In this document: piece after piece, positions 24,412-38,188 of the stretch
How the letters are laid out: each line of letters opens with the position of its first letter
Numbering within the stretch: the stretch's first letter is position 1
Origin: Rhizophagus irregularis
Lineage: Eukaryota
Direction: 5' to 3'
DNA length: 64,000 nt
Assembly: GCF_026210795.1 (NCBI RefSeq)
Contig: NC_089432.1
Span: 4,898,001-4,962,000, forward strand
Translations under genes and position numbers: made by a program
The notes under the pieces: generated by a model
The model's input: the letters and a program-made list of their open reading frames with translations, nothing else
The model's database searches: none
What the model was told of the DNA's origin: nothing

Positions 24412-25568
24412 ATGTCCGGAGATAGATCAGAATTTCGAAATAAAATTCAAAAACTTCTATCGGCGGGTGAAGAAACATCAAACAAACGCCGAGGTATTGA
24501 AAGTAGTATGAGTAGCACGAGTAGCATGAGCGAAGTTTTTAATGGTATGCAAATATTTGAATATTATCGTTTTTTAAAATTATGATAATTTATATTTTAT
24601 AACAAAAATTTATTTTATTAGAACAACTCGATAATATGATAGAACAAAATAAACAGTTCAACACTAAATTAATCGAGGAGAACGTAAAAACCAATAAACA
24701 TTTGGAATTTTTATGCAATAGAATGAAGCATATTGAGGAGATGGTCGAATCTGATAATTCCGGTGATAATAACTTCATAAAGGTTAGTCTAGCTTTTTTA
24801 AATTTTAAAGTCATATACATATTATAACTCAAATTATATTTCTTTAGACCATAATAAAAGATGTTGCTAAAGCAACATTTAATATAAGTATATACCCTAC
24901 CAAAGAAGAATTACGAGAAGCAACTGAGGAATTTCTCAAAATTCGACATCAAGACTTTTACAACAAATTCACTACTAAAACGCAGTGGATTTCATATTTT
25001 AACAACAAAATTTGTCCAGAAGTAAATTTTTTATATTTAATATTTACGTTTTAGAAAACTAATAAATAATAATAATCTTTTTTTTTTAATAAAAGCTTCT
25101 ATCAAAACAAAGATCCCTACGAAGTTGCTTGACAACTAAAGCTAGAGATGCTTTATTCAGCTATTTTGGAGAAGTAATTTTGCCACCCATCAATACTAAC
25201 ACTTCATCAGCAGGGATAATTGAATGGAAAAATCATCCTGCAGTGGCTGAATGTTACAATAAACTTTTTAATCAAAATGGAAGTTTGGGCGTGCTTACGC
25301 GAATACTTGAAAGAGTATTCGCTGGAGAATATCCATCTTCTTTGCATCTCGCCTTCGTAACAGCCACGTTCGCAGTATTATTGGACCCAAAGTCTAAAAC
25401 AATACAAACAAATGAAAATACAATGAAAAATAAAATAGAATATTATATGGTAAATTTCATAATTTTGAACTTAAATTGTAATAATGGTATCTATTTATTA
25501 ACTAATTTATTTAAATTATTAACGGTCAGAAATTATTAGATGATGATAGAACAGACGGCAAAAACTAA
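24412..25568 (+). CDS. Five-exon hypothetical protein with N-terminal coiled coil; candidate CACTA accessory ORF
   Basis: MSGDRSEFR.../EQLDNMIEQ.../TIIKDVAK.../LLSKQRSLR.../KLLDDDRTDGKN* joined by GT-AG introns. Confidence 0.75.
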
Positions 25569-26384
25569 AAAATATATTGATTCCGTAAGTAAAAAAATTC
25601 TTCTTTTTCGATAATATTATATCCTTTTTCCTTTAAAGGTTCTGACTAATTAATATAATTCTTTTCTATATTACTAAATTTAACAAGTGTGCATGTTTTT
25701 CAATTTTGAATGGGGGAGGTGCTGATGGAAATATGTTTTTTTTAAAGTAAAGGGCTTAGCAAGAATTTTATATATAAAAATTTGCAAATTTTTTGTAACA
25801 AACCAAATAAAATTTTCAATTCAATAATAAATTTAAGGCAAATTTGACTTTTTACTTCATGTGCCGATCTCTGGAAATAATCGAAATATGATCGGCTTTT
25901 ATCGGCCGATCATTTATCCAATTCTAGTAAAATTTTATTCAATTCGGCTGATCCGGGACCAAAGATTTTTAAAGAAAACTTCAATAAAATAAAAACAATA
26001 AAATAAAAACGTATTTTGTGGTGAAAAAACATATTTTTTATTAATTACGTGCAAAAAAAAAGATCAAAGTAACAAATTTTTGTGGATCGGCTGATCTTAA
26101 TGAGATTCACGGCCGTATGATAAATAATTTTATATGTAAATATGGCCATTTTTACTGAAGGAAATAAAAATTTGCGTATAAATACGGTCATTTTTACCAA
26201 AGGCAATAGCAAGTAAATAATTCAAATCCTATACAAATACCTTAAAATGATACCCCAGGAATGCCCATATTGCTCAAGAACATTTTCCTCCAAATCTGGA
26301 TATACTCAACATGTTAAACATTGTGTTCCTCCTGTAATTGTTAGTGATAGTGAATCGGATCTCGTAACTGATATTAATATGTTT

Positions 26385-27240
26385 ATTTAAAGCAATTGAT
26401 TAAACAATGGTAAGAAAATTTCGAGCGAATTTTTCTTGCCATTGTTCAAAGTATACAATTGTTTATTTTTAAAGCAATTGATTAAACAATGGCAAGAAAA
26501 GTTCGCTCGAAATTTTCTTGCCATTGTTCAAAGTATACAATTGTTTTTTTTTCAAAGTAATTGATTAAACAATGGCAAGAAAAATTCGCTCGAACATTTC
26601 TTGCCATTGTTTAACTCAAGTCTATTGTTTTTTTTTAAAGCAATCGATTAAACAATGGCAAGAAAAATTCGCGCGAATTTTTCTTGCCATTGTTCGAAGT
26701 ATATCATTGTTTATTTTTAAAGCAATTGATTAAACAATGGCAAGAAAATTTCGCTCGAACTTTTCTTGCCATTGTTCAAAGTATACCATTGTTTTTTTTT
26801 TCAAAGTAATTGATTAAACAATGGCAAGAAAAATTCGCTCGAACATTTCTTGCCATTGTTTAACTCAAGTCTATTATTGTTTTTTTTTAAAGCAATTGAT
26901 TAAACAATGGCAAGAAAAATTCGCGCGAACTTTTCTTGCTATTGTTCGAAGCATACCATTGTTTTTTTTTAAAGCAATCGATTAAACAATGACAAGAAAA
27001 ATTCGCGCGAACTTTTCTTGCTATTGTTCAAAGTATACCATTGTTTTTTTTAAAGCAATTGATTAAACAATGGTAAGAAAAATTCGCTTGAACTTTTCTT
27101 CTTGCTATTGTTCAAAGTATATCATTGTTTTTTTTTAAAGCAATTGATTAAACAATGGCAAGAAAAGTTCGCGCGAACTTTTCTTGCCATTGTTCAAAGT
27201 ATACCATTGTTTATTTTTAAAGCAATTAATTAAACAATGA
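26385..27240 (+). repeat. Palindromic ~82-bp tandem array 1 (~10 units)
   Basis: AACAATGGCAAGAAAAATTCG-CG-CGAACTTTTCTTGCCATTGTT hairpin in each unit. Confidence 0.93.
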
Positions 27241-27724
27241 CAAAGAAATATTTATTGAATAAATAAAACATAAATTTGTTAACAAGATATCCATTATCTC
27301 AATTAATTTAACGAAATTTGGCCAAAAACCAAAATTTTTACCATTATCAGACACGCAAATTTAATGATTACATATTTATATCTGTGTACCCGCCGTAACG
27401 TATACCTATATGTATAAAATCGATAACATTTAACCGTAGTACCGATCACGTGTATGTTTATCGCAACTGGTTCAATTACGTCAAAAAAATTATTATTTTA
27501 CGACAAAAAAAAATTTGAAATTCTCGTTTATTTATTATGAAACCAATATAAAGATTTATTGAACTTGAAAATATTAGCGATTGAAACTTAATTTTCCTTA
27601 AATTTAGGCCTTTATAAAGTTAAAAGTAAATTGACATTCCCGATCATCAAAATAAATAAAAATTTACGAAAACTTTATTCTTATAAAGATGAAAAAATGT
27701 TATTTTATTATCAGCTTGCAGTTA

Positions 27725-30700
27725 TTACCAGTTTGCATATTTGTCTATTATATAATAATTTTTTTTATCATACACTTCAAAAAATCCAACAGTTCTATCA
27801 ATACCAATTACTTCCACATATTGTAGAGGACCGAAGCAATCAAAAAATTTTAAATTTCCAATATTTTTCTCCAATTTTTTGATTTTTCGAATATATGCAA
27901 ACATTCGTTCTTGATTTTGCATATTATGGAGCATGAAATATTCAACTTGTCCAAAAGTCTCCTCTTCTTGTTCATCAATAGTTAAGTTAATCTATAATAA
28001 AATTTTCTGTTTAATATTTGAATGATATTTATAATAATTATAAAATCTAATTATCAATTTCTTACAGCGACACAATAATCATTTCGACTACTATCATTTT
28101 CTTTTTTCCACCATTTAGAAGATACAATATTGCCATCTTTTGTACGAAGTTTCCCATACTTCATATAACTTTCTTCAATGTCCTAAATAATAAATAATGA
28201 TATTACATCTGTAAAAGTATTCAAAAATAAATAAATATACAATGCAAAGTAGTTATAATTAAAAATTACTCTAATATCCCTGGCATTTTTTTGGAATATA
28301 GCTGCATAGCATTGCTTTAATTTTATAGCCTCATTTTTTGTTAGTTTACAATTAACACACGGAGAATAAAATTCATACTGATTATCATATACAATACTAG
28401 ACTTTACCCTATGCGATGGCCATGCTTTTTCCTTTTCTTTGAAATTGGAAAAAACTTTTTCATCATACGTTGGTAAAAATTGTAGATACTTAAACCTTTC
28501 TTGCAGCAACACATTATTAATTAAATTCACATATGGAAGTTTTCGAGAGCTAATAAGTGGAATTAACATTCCACAATACCTTTCCATCGGAAATTGCCAA
28601 AATCCACGACAAGGACCAAGATCTTCAATACAATCTCCTATATGCAGAGAGTAATGAAAAGAAATTAAATACACCGGCAATCTTTCTCCTTCTAACCCGT
28701 ATGAACTATTATTATAAAAAGACATGTTAATTAATGTATAAAATATTATTATATAATTCCATAAAGATGATACCTTGCATAATGATTATAAAATTGTATC
28801 AATAAATTTCGGATTTTATCTAGATCTTCAAAATCTATTCGAGGTTGAATACATAACTGAACAGCTTCAACAAAATTTGACCATCCTAAGAAGTAACTAT
28901 TATTTTAAATTATTTAAATAAGCTTTCCTATATTATCAATTTTTTAACAATTAACTCTTTTTATTTATTATTACCTTTGTGGCAGCCTTCCTTTTAATAA
29001 TGGTAAAGAAAATAAAATAATCCAATTTGCCCATTCCACAGCTTTAAACCCAGCCGAATGTTTAATGATATTGCGTGGAGGACGTCCAATATCAGATGGC
29101 ATATTAGATCTATTTTTTTCCATGATTTCACCAATTTCAATCCATGTTTTAGAACTTATTGTATAATTATTTGAATTCCGTTCATCATTTTTTGGATAGA
29201 ATTTTCCTATCCAATGTCGAAACATGTGAGGTGCAATGTTTTCAAAAAAAAGGTGCATTATATCCACTGGAAATGAACGCGGAAATTTTATAGAAGATAA
29301 CTCAAATAATATACTCTTTCCTTTAATTCCTAATTTTTTTTTATTAAACAAGAATTTTAAAAATTCAGAAAATATATTAATCAATTTTACTATGAGTTTA
29401 TTTAAAATATTGAACTAACCGCAGTTACGTATATAAGTTTCTCTACGATCTCCTTTCAGATGTTCTATTTGATTTATGCTAGTCAGCATCTCATCATGTG
29501 TTCGAATTGGTAATCGTATAGGATCAATATTTTGTTGTAATGGATAATATACATGTCTATTCATTTCATTTAAAGTTCCTCGAAGATTACAGAATCTGCA
29601 ACCTGAATATGAATTATGTCCCGTTAAATATAAAATTTTTGAAAGAGCAGGAAGATCTCCAGTCCAAGCTAATATGTGAGCACGTAAAGTAAAATATTCT
29701 TTTTTGTTTCCATCATAGCATAATATTCCATCTGTAAATACAAAAATATGATTAATAAATATTATATTAATTATTATTTTTCATATTTTTTAATATACCT
29801 TGTAACAATTTCATCTCTTGAATTAATGGATAGAGAAATGAATTAAAATCTTGAGGTTGTTTTGGCCCTGGGATTATTAATGTTACCATTAAATTTTCTT
29901 TTTTTACCCTTAATTCTTGAGGCAAATTATTATTTATAAAAAGAAATACCCAACAGTCATCAGTTTTTTGTCGAAATATTTGATAACCGTCACAAGATGC
30001 AGTAAATGCAACATCTCTAGGATCGGGAAAATATGCATCATTTAATAACTCTTTATAAATCAGCCCATCAAAAATATCACCTATGTCCCTATGAACAAGA
30101 TCTCCTATATTATTAGTATAGTTATGCCTATATAATAATTCTTTGGATCTTTTAGAGTTTTTAAATTGAAGCTTTAAACGCTCAATTATAGAGACAAAAG
30201 GTAAATTTTTTCTTGATTTACCATTACTATAATATCGGTCCTCTTTACAAAATTTACACTTTCTTTCATTTTCTAAAACTCCTACGAACGCACAACATGA
30301 ATTGACACACATATCGTATATTTTTGGTTCAATTCCTACTATCGAACCAAGTATTTTTTTTATTTTATTTAAGCTCATTTTATTTCTATTGAAAGCTTTA
30401 TATATATTATTAAATGCAGCTTCAGAAAAATTAAAATTTGATTTCACATATAAAAGCCTTAATCCTTCAAGCAATTCATCAGAAATAATTGTATTATCTA
30501 AAAAATTTATCATTATTGTTAATAAATAGTTAATGTATTTAAATACTATTAATAATTTATTTTGGAATTCACCTTCTTCATTATCAGCATTAGAATTTAT
30601 GTTATCAGATTCTGATTCATTTTGAGAATCAGAAATTGAATCATCATTTTCATAATAATAATAATGATCATTTTCATAATTATTAGTTTTCTCATTTTCT

Positions 30701-31038
30701 TCATTTTGGAAACTAAAATCATCATTAGTTTCTTCTGGAATTTCTTCATTATCACACATTTCCATATATGATCGTTCATTTTCTTCTTCATTATCACTTG
30801 TCACCATAAATGATCGTTCATTTTCTTCATACAAGTCTTCTTCACGTAAGTTTTCTTCGTATAAATTTTCCTCTTCAGAATGATAAAAATTTTCTTCAGG
30901 ATGAAGTCTTTGGTATTCATCTTCTAGAGCTTGTGCCTCTTTTTCTTCTAATAAATGTCGAGCTACTGTTGTCCTATGAAGTACTCTTCCCCTACCATTT
31001 GATAAATTTAAACAATGTTTACATTCACACTTAGGCAT
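27725..31038 (-). CDS. CACTA/EnSpm (Transposase_21/Tnp2 family) transposase, multi-exon
   Basis: YDMCVNSCCAF..CKFC, DIFDGLIY, SCDGYQIF, IIPGPKQPQDFNSFLYPL, GDLPALSK..GHNSYSGCRFC, VDIMHLFFEN, FKAVEW, HYSLH..LGP..WQFPMERYCG. Confidence 0.92.
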
Positions 31039-31758
31039 AATTTCAATTAGGAAAAAAATATATTTATTTAATGGTTTTTTAATTTAATAAAGTTTATTAT
31101 ATGTATTTGGAGAGTTTTATCACATATAATTTGTTAGTACTTTCTTTGAATTCGCTTTCTTTATATATATATTCGAGAGTTTGGTATATTATCCCGACAC
31201 TCTAAATCCCGACATTTCATAAGCCCGACACTTAATAAGCTCGAAATACAAATATCGAAATGAAAAATCTTGAAATTTATTATAACTGATTTCATAATGT
31301 ACGGGACTTAGCAAATTTTAAAGAACTCGAAAATATTCGGTAATATTCGGTAAAGCTCAAAATAAACTCTAAAATTAACGTATAACATAATTACATTATA
31401 TAGTATATACAATTATACTTTATACTACGCCATCATATATATGTGTATATGTCCCGTGTTATATATCTTTTCTACAATAACCCGACTAGCCGAGTAACCC
31501 GAGTACCCGACAATCCCGACAATAAATGATGGGCTGAGATCCGTCCTTTTAAAGTGTTTGTGCCCCTATGATCGCTACATATAGGCAGGTCATGTTTCAC
31601 ATTGTTTCACGTATCTGTTTACACGGGGGACGTACGCGATTTTAATTTATCACCTGATGTTAATAAACCCTAGTCATCATAAAAATCCACGTATTTTTCC
31701 TACTTTTTTCTCTTTAACATTTATACGTTTACGATACGTTCGATACTTTTACGTGACT

Positions 31759-33514
31759 ATGAGCAATAATAATGATCTCCAAGAACAATTGGACCTTATC
31801 AAGAAACAAAATGAAGCTTTATTGGAAAAAATAAAGTATGTGTATGAAAAATAAGGATTTTTATGCAACTCTTCATAAATTTTATTAAAAAAAAATTTAT
31901 TTTCAGTTCTCTGGATAGTACTTTTTCGTTTCCCACAACAATAACAAGTTATAATAGACCTTCTACAGCGTTAAGTTTCCAAAGGCCTTCCTCCACAGCG
32001 AGTACGCGAAGACCCTCCACGTCATTCACAGCGAGTACGCGAAGACCCTCCACGTCGTCATCCATAACTTCTGTTGCTGTAAGCCCTTCCACATCATTCA
32101 CAGCGAGTACGCGAAGACCCTCCCCGTCGTCGTCCATAACTTCTGTTGTTGTAAGCCCTTATTATTATTACTGTATTTAATTATTTAAGTTATTTATTTA
32201 TTTTTTAAATATATCATTAAAAGACACATAGTTTTATACAAAGGCCAAAAAAGAAGTATATTTCAAAAGCTGATATGTTAAACGCGTTAAATATTTCGAA
32301 TGAAGTGTATACGACATGTGTGGTGCGTATATACATAAATAATTTGGTTATACAAAACAAGACTTTAATAATCAATAAAACTAGGCTGCAATGCGCATAT
32401 GCGCTGATTATCAGCTTGAATACAATTATGCCTATAAAGACATTCCTAAGAACATTTTATTCAAAATAATCGAAAAGGTAATTTTTATTTGTTTTATAGA
32501 TTTTTTTTTATAAATATAATGAAATAATAACCTTTTCTTAGTTTAAATTAAGAACGAAAGACTTACATATACCGTTCGGCTTTAATGATTGGTTTGCGTA
32601 TGAATTGTTAAAAAAACACGTCCAACATGTCCGTGAGTATATTTGTTTTTTCTTTTTTTTTTAAAAAAAAAAGAAAAGATCAAAAATCTAATTTATATTT
32701 AATTTATATTAATGAAAGGCGATCATAAAGCCAAGAATAGAAACGGATATTTTAAGAAAAGGAATCAAGACGAGGAAGAAGAAGAAGTTAGAAATGAGGA
32801 ACAAGAAGAAGAGGAAGAAGTTAGAAATGAGGAACAAGAAGTAGAGGAAGAGGAAGAAGTTAGAAATGAGGAACAAGAAGAAGAGGAAGAGGAAGAAGTT
32901 AGAAATGAGGAACAAGAAGAAGAGGAAGAGGAAGAAGTTAGAAATGAGGAACAAGAAGAAGAGGAAGAGGAAGTTAGGAATGAGGAACAAGAAGAGGAGA
33001 TTAGAACTGTAATAATCAGAATTGAAGGAAACGAAGAAATCCGAAATAGAAATGAAGAAAATGATGTTGAAGACGAAGATCAAGGTATAATTATATTGTA
33101 ACAAATCAACCATAGGAAATGACTTAATTTAATGTTTGTGATTAATGTTTGTGATTTTTATTATTTAGCAAAAAAACGAACCGGAGAACCTATGAAAAGT
33201 AAAATTTTTTTTTTATAAAATGATTATATTTTAATTTAAATAAAAATAATTAAATGTATTTTTTTTTCTATTAATAGAGGATTCAAACAACAAACGATTG
33301 AAAGTTACAAGTAAAATTACAAGTAAAAAAATTTTTTATAATTAATTAATTTAAATAAAATAACTTTTAATATTTTTTCTTATTTATTACATTAGACGGA
33401 CGAAGCCTGCGTAGAAGACCTATGGCCGTTAATAAAGAAGAGGTCAATCGTAGTGCCAGTGGGGTTGTTAGTACCAGTAATAAGAACAATAAAAAGAAAA
33501 CCAAGAAAAAATAA
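31759..33514 (+). CDS. Multi-exon low-complexity protein (S/T-rich repeats, E-rich repeats, basic C-terminus), divergent from the transposase
   Basis: MSNNNDLQEQL start, STRRPS repeats, EEEEVRNEEQ repeats, KKKTKKK*; several GT-AG introns; exon boundaries approximate. Confidence 0.65.
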
Positions 33515-33909
33515 TCATTTACTTTTTTTTATAAACTAAAATAAAAAATGTTTTAAATTTGTAATGTTCGCAAATAATCACCAGCCTCTATAAAAAATTT
33601 CATACGTTATAGCGTATTTTCTATAGATACGGTATTTTTTTATATTATTTTTATTATAAATTTTACAACTTTATGAACTTTATATTAAATACTACATTTT
33701 AAACCCATATGTTTATAATGTATACTTCGACACTAGTATGCACTACCCAAAAATTTACTGATGTAAAGAAAAATTCACAAGAATTTTCATTAATACTGTT
33801 TAATTTTTAAGTTCAAAGTCCGATTGATAATACTGTTATACTGTTTAATTTTTAAAGCTCAATTATAAATCAAATTTAATAAATTAGTATTAAGATTTTA
33901 ATTTAAAGA

Positions 33910-34960
33910 TTAAGCAGTATCAAGGAATATTCTCGCGAATTTTTCTTGATACTGCTTAATTCTAATTAGCTAATTTAGTACTAATGTTTTAATTTAAAAA
34001 TTAAGCAGTATCAAGAAAAATTCGCTCGAACTTTTCTTGCCATTGTTCGAAGTATACCATTGTTTTTTTTTAAAGCAATTGATTAAACAATGGCAAGAAA
34101 AATTCGCTCGAACTTTCTTGCTATTGTTCAAAGTATATCATTGTTTTTTTTTAAAAGCAATTGATTAAATAATGGCAAGAAAAATTCGCGCGAACTTTTC
34201 TTGCTATTGTTCAAAGTATATCATTGTTTATTTAAAGCAATTGATTAAACAATGGTAAGAAAAATTCGCTCGAACTTTTCTTGCTATTGTTCAAAGTATA
34301 CCATTGTTTTTTTTCAAAGTAATTGATTAAACAATGGCAAGAAAAATTAGTTCGAATATTTCTTGCCATTGTTTAACTCAAGTCTATTATTGTTTTTTTT
34401 AAAGCAATTAATTAAACAATGGAAAGAAAAATTCGCTCGAACTTTTCTTGCTATTGTTCAAAGTATATCATTGTTTTTTTTTAAAAGCAATTGATTAAAT
34501 AATGGCAAGAAAAATTCACGCGAACTTTTCTTGCTATTGTTCAAAGTATATCATTGTTTATTTAAAGCAATTGATTAAACAATGGTAAGAAAAATTCGCT
34601 CGAACTTTTCTTGCTATTGTTCAAAGTATACCATTGTTTTTTTTCAAAGTAATTGATTAAACAATGGCAAGAAAAATTCGCTCGAACATTTCTTGCCATT
34701 GTTTAACTCAAGTCTATTATTGTTTTTTTTAAAGCAATTGATTAAACAATGGCAAGAAAAATTCGCTCGAACTTTTCTTGCCATTTTTCAAAGTAGCATT
34801 TTTTTTTTAAAGCAATTGATTAAACAATGGCAAGAAAAGTTCGCGGCTCGAACTTTTCTTGCTATTGTTCGAAGTATAGCATTGTTTTTTTTAAAGCAAT
34901 TGATTAAACAATGGCAAGAAAAATTCGCTCGAATTTTTCTTGCCATTGTTCAAAGTATAT
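33910..34960 (+). repeat. Palindromic ~82-bp tandem array 2 (~12-13 units)
   Basis: Same unit as array 1. Confidence 0.93.
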
Positions 34961-35234
34961 TTTTTGCAAAAACCGAAGCCCTTTAAAACGAAATATAGCC
35001 AAAGCGCAATTAATCCGCAGTACTGTGATACCACAATTAATTGCATTATTGCGGAATTGCGAATATCTGATATATGAACTTTAAACTCCGTAATATCTGC
35101 AATCAATACCCAGAACAAATGTTATGCCAATTACTGTAAGCCAAAGATACCGCGGTTCTATATGATCACGTGAAATTTATTTTTGAAATTTATTTATACA
35201 TACAGTTTACAGTAGGATCGGGGAATTAGAAACC

Positions 35235-35405
35235 GTGCCCAGAAAACGGGGCTGCTTAAAAACCGCGCTCAGAAAACGGGGCTGCTTCTTTTGTGCCATT
35301 AATTTGGGGCTGCTTAAAAACCGCGCCCAGAAAACGGGGCTGCTTCTTTTGTGCCATTAATTTGGGGCTGCTTAAAAACCGCCCCAGAAACGGAGCTGCT
35401 TAAAA
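35235..35405 (+). repeat. GC-rich ~58-bp tandem repeat
   Basis: GGGGCTGCTTAAAAACCGCGCCCAGAAAAC units. Confidence 0.8.
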
Positions 35406-35564
35406 GGAAACCTATTACATCATGATTTAAACAAATTATGTATATATATATTCTTTGTGCCATTAAAAATTAATAACAACTTTCGAACAATACATACGCT
35501 CAATACAATACATTCTTTTGCTATTTAAACTGTCTTCCTGGAAATAATTAAATAATTTTCTTTT

Positions 35565-35910
35565 TTCATAATTTTTCATAAATTTTCCTCTATCATAAAA
35601 TTTTCCTCCATCATAATCATAAATTTTCCTCTATCATAATCATAAATTTTCCTCTATCATAATCATAAATTTTCCTCTATCATAATCATAAATTTCCCTC
35701 GTTCATAAATTTTCCTCCATCATAATCATAAATTTTCCTCTATCATAATCATAAATTTTCCTCTATCATAAATATAAATTTTCCTCTATCATAAATTTTC
35801 CCCTTTCATAAATTTTCCCCTTCATAAATTTTCCTCTTTCATAAATAAATTTTCCTTTTTCATAAATTTTTCTCTTTCATAAATAAATTTTCCTCTTTCA
35901 TAAATTTTCT
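35565..35910 (+). repeat. ~17-23-bp minisatellite (CATAAATTTTCCTCTATCATAAT) just upstream of ATG 35932
   Basis: Read directly. Confidence 0.85.
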
Positions 35911-35931
35911 TCTGAACATTCTTACTTACAA

Positions 35932-37276
35932 ATGATGAATGTTAATCAAGAAGTCGATCAAGAAGTAGCAACAAGTCAACATCAAGAGGTGAATGTTCAA
36001 GAAGTAACATCAAGCCAAAATAGTATGTAGAATCATATATATAATTTTTATAATTATTAAATAAAATTTTTATTAAGAATAAACGTTTATTTCTGTTTCA
36101 ATTCTAGAATCGAACATTGTAAAATTTGTTGTAGATATAAATAAAAATATGGAAAGCCTTGGTATAAATTCTCTTAATATATCATCAAACCAAGAAGCAA
36201 TTTTAGATAGTAAAGAATTCAGAATTTTTAAAATACTTTTCAATAAAGAAGAAAATACAATTTTACAAGCAGCAAATGTAGCCCCGGGATCTAGTTCAGT
36301 AAGTTCATCAACAGCAAGAACCACTGATTTAAGATCATTCTTAACCGCGCCGGCAATCGAAATGGCAAAAAATCTACACAAACTCCTATTATATTTTGAT
36401 AATCTACCAACTATTCCTCCTACAATGAATCCAAACAATATTGACGTTAAATTGTATATTAAAAAGTTGTTAGAAAAGTTAAGTACTTTAACAAAGGAGG
36501 AGTTTGAAGCTGAAATTGAGAATCAAAATAACAAGGATTTTTTAAAAGTTTATTATTCAGAGGAGGAAGAAGAGAAAGTAGTAATTGATTTTCAGAATGA
36601 ACTAAATTTTCCTGAAATCATTTCAGAAACAAACCTCTTAAAGCTTGATTCAGATTTTGATATTATAAAAGAAAATACTATAAAAACGTTAGTTAATCAT
36701 TTAATAAAAGTTTATGACAAGATTCTTGAAGAGCATATCGAAACGGAAATAAGAAGAAGAAGAAAGTTTAGGGGATATGTAAATTTTCTTATGATATATC
36801 AAAAAATAGAGGTTTATTGTAATTTATATAAGACTAGAGCTAGGGGAGAGACGATTAAAAATCAAACGAATAAAAAAATAATTGAATATAGCAGTTCTAG
36901 CAAATTTAAAACTCAAGATATATCAATTTTTATAAAAACAGGAAAGAGAATTGAAAAGTTAATTAGTCTTTCAAATCGTGAATGGGGAATTATTGACGCT
37001 TTTCCAAATTTAGACATAAATTTTTTCAAATCTACAACAAGTAATGCCGCGTATGAAGTTTGGCTCAAACTCATTGAGACTGGACTCATTATGACCAAAG
37101 AAGAGGGACAAACAATTTATAATTATAAAAAAATTGAAGAGAATTATTTAAGGGAATATAAGCTTCAGAGAATATATAAATCGATTCAAGCGAGCGATCA
37201 TGATGATACTGGTTCTCCGAGATACTACTTCAACGAAGATGACGACGGTGATAATGATGAAATGATGATTGACTAG
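35932..37276 (+). CDS. Two-exon hypothetical protein (~420 aa), cargo
   Basis: Exon 35932-36022, intron 36023-36107 in compatible phase, then 375-aa ORF. Confidence 0.8.
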
Positions 37277-38188
37277 TGATTTCATTTTTTTTTCTTCTAT
37301 TTTCGTTTTTTTTTGGTTTTTTGAATATCTCTATCTATTAGAGATCCTTTTTTTTTTATAATTCTAATAATTTCAACTGGGTTTTGTCGGGCGATTTTTT
37401 TTTTGGAAAAATCTATTGTGTTATAGTTAAGGTCAGTGTGCGTTGGCATTATAATTGCGTTTAGGGACAGTACGTTGAATTATAATTACGTTAGGATTAG
37501 GGTCAAGATGTTTGGTTTATGGGATTATGTAATAAAATCATTGTATTTTAACAGTTAGATAATTTCTTTATTAATATATAATAAAATACATTGCTATAGT
37601 TGAAATTTTATAGTGACAAATAGTTATTCATCACCATCTGATTATGGTGATAAATGGTAATTTATATAAATGACGTGATATAGAATTTGTTTATTTTATT
37701 TTATTTTATTTTAAGGATTTTAAGGTAAGCCAGGAGAATACATTGATAATTTTAAGCTAATAAATTATAAAAACACACAATGTAGAATCGTCGCCCAATA
37801 AATCGAGCCCTGACTAGAACTATATAAAAACTATTCTAAAACCCAACCGAAGTAGAATAGGTAATAAAAGTAATAAAACGCACAAATAAACAATCGAACA
37901 ACAAGTGCAGACCCGTATTTTCCTTTCAACCCATAAGATAAGGTTGCCACCTGTGAATACTGTAAAAGGTGGAGTGGTTAACGCTATTTTAAGTTGTTAA
38001 ATTTGTAAAAACAAAAAGAGAACAAATCACATAATAGTGAAAAAAAAGAAAAACCTAAGTTATTATATAACTATAATACTATATATATAAAAATACGAAA
38101 AATTTCAATACTATAAAGTGGTGAAAAAAGAGGACCAATATATCTATAAATATAAAAAAGAGGGAGAGCATCTAATAAAATGAAATTA

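Noticed and set aside
26385..27240. CRISPR array (palindromic repeats), also arrays at 33910 and 42930
   Set aside because: Linkers are near-identical rather than unique spacers, no cas genes, eukaryotic context
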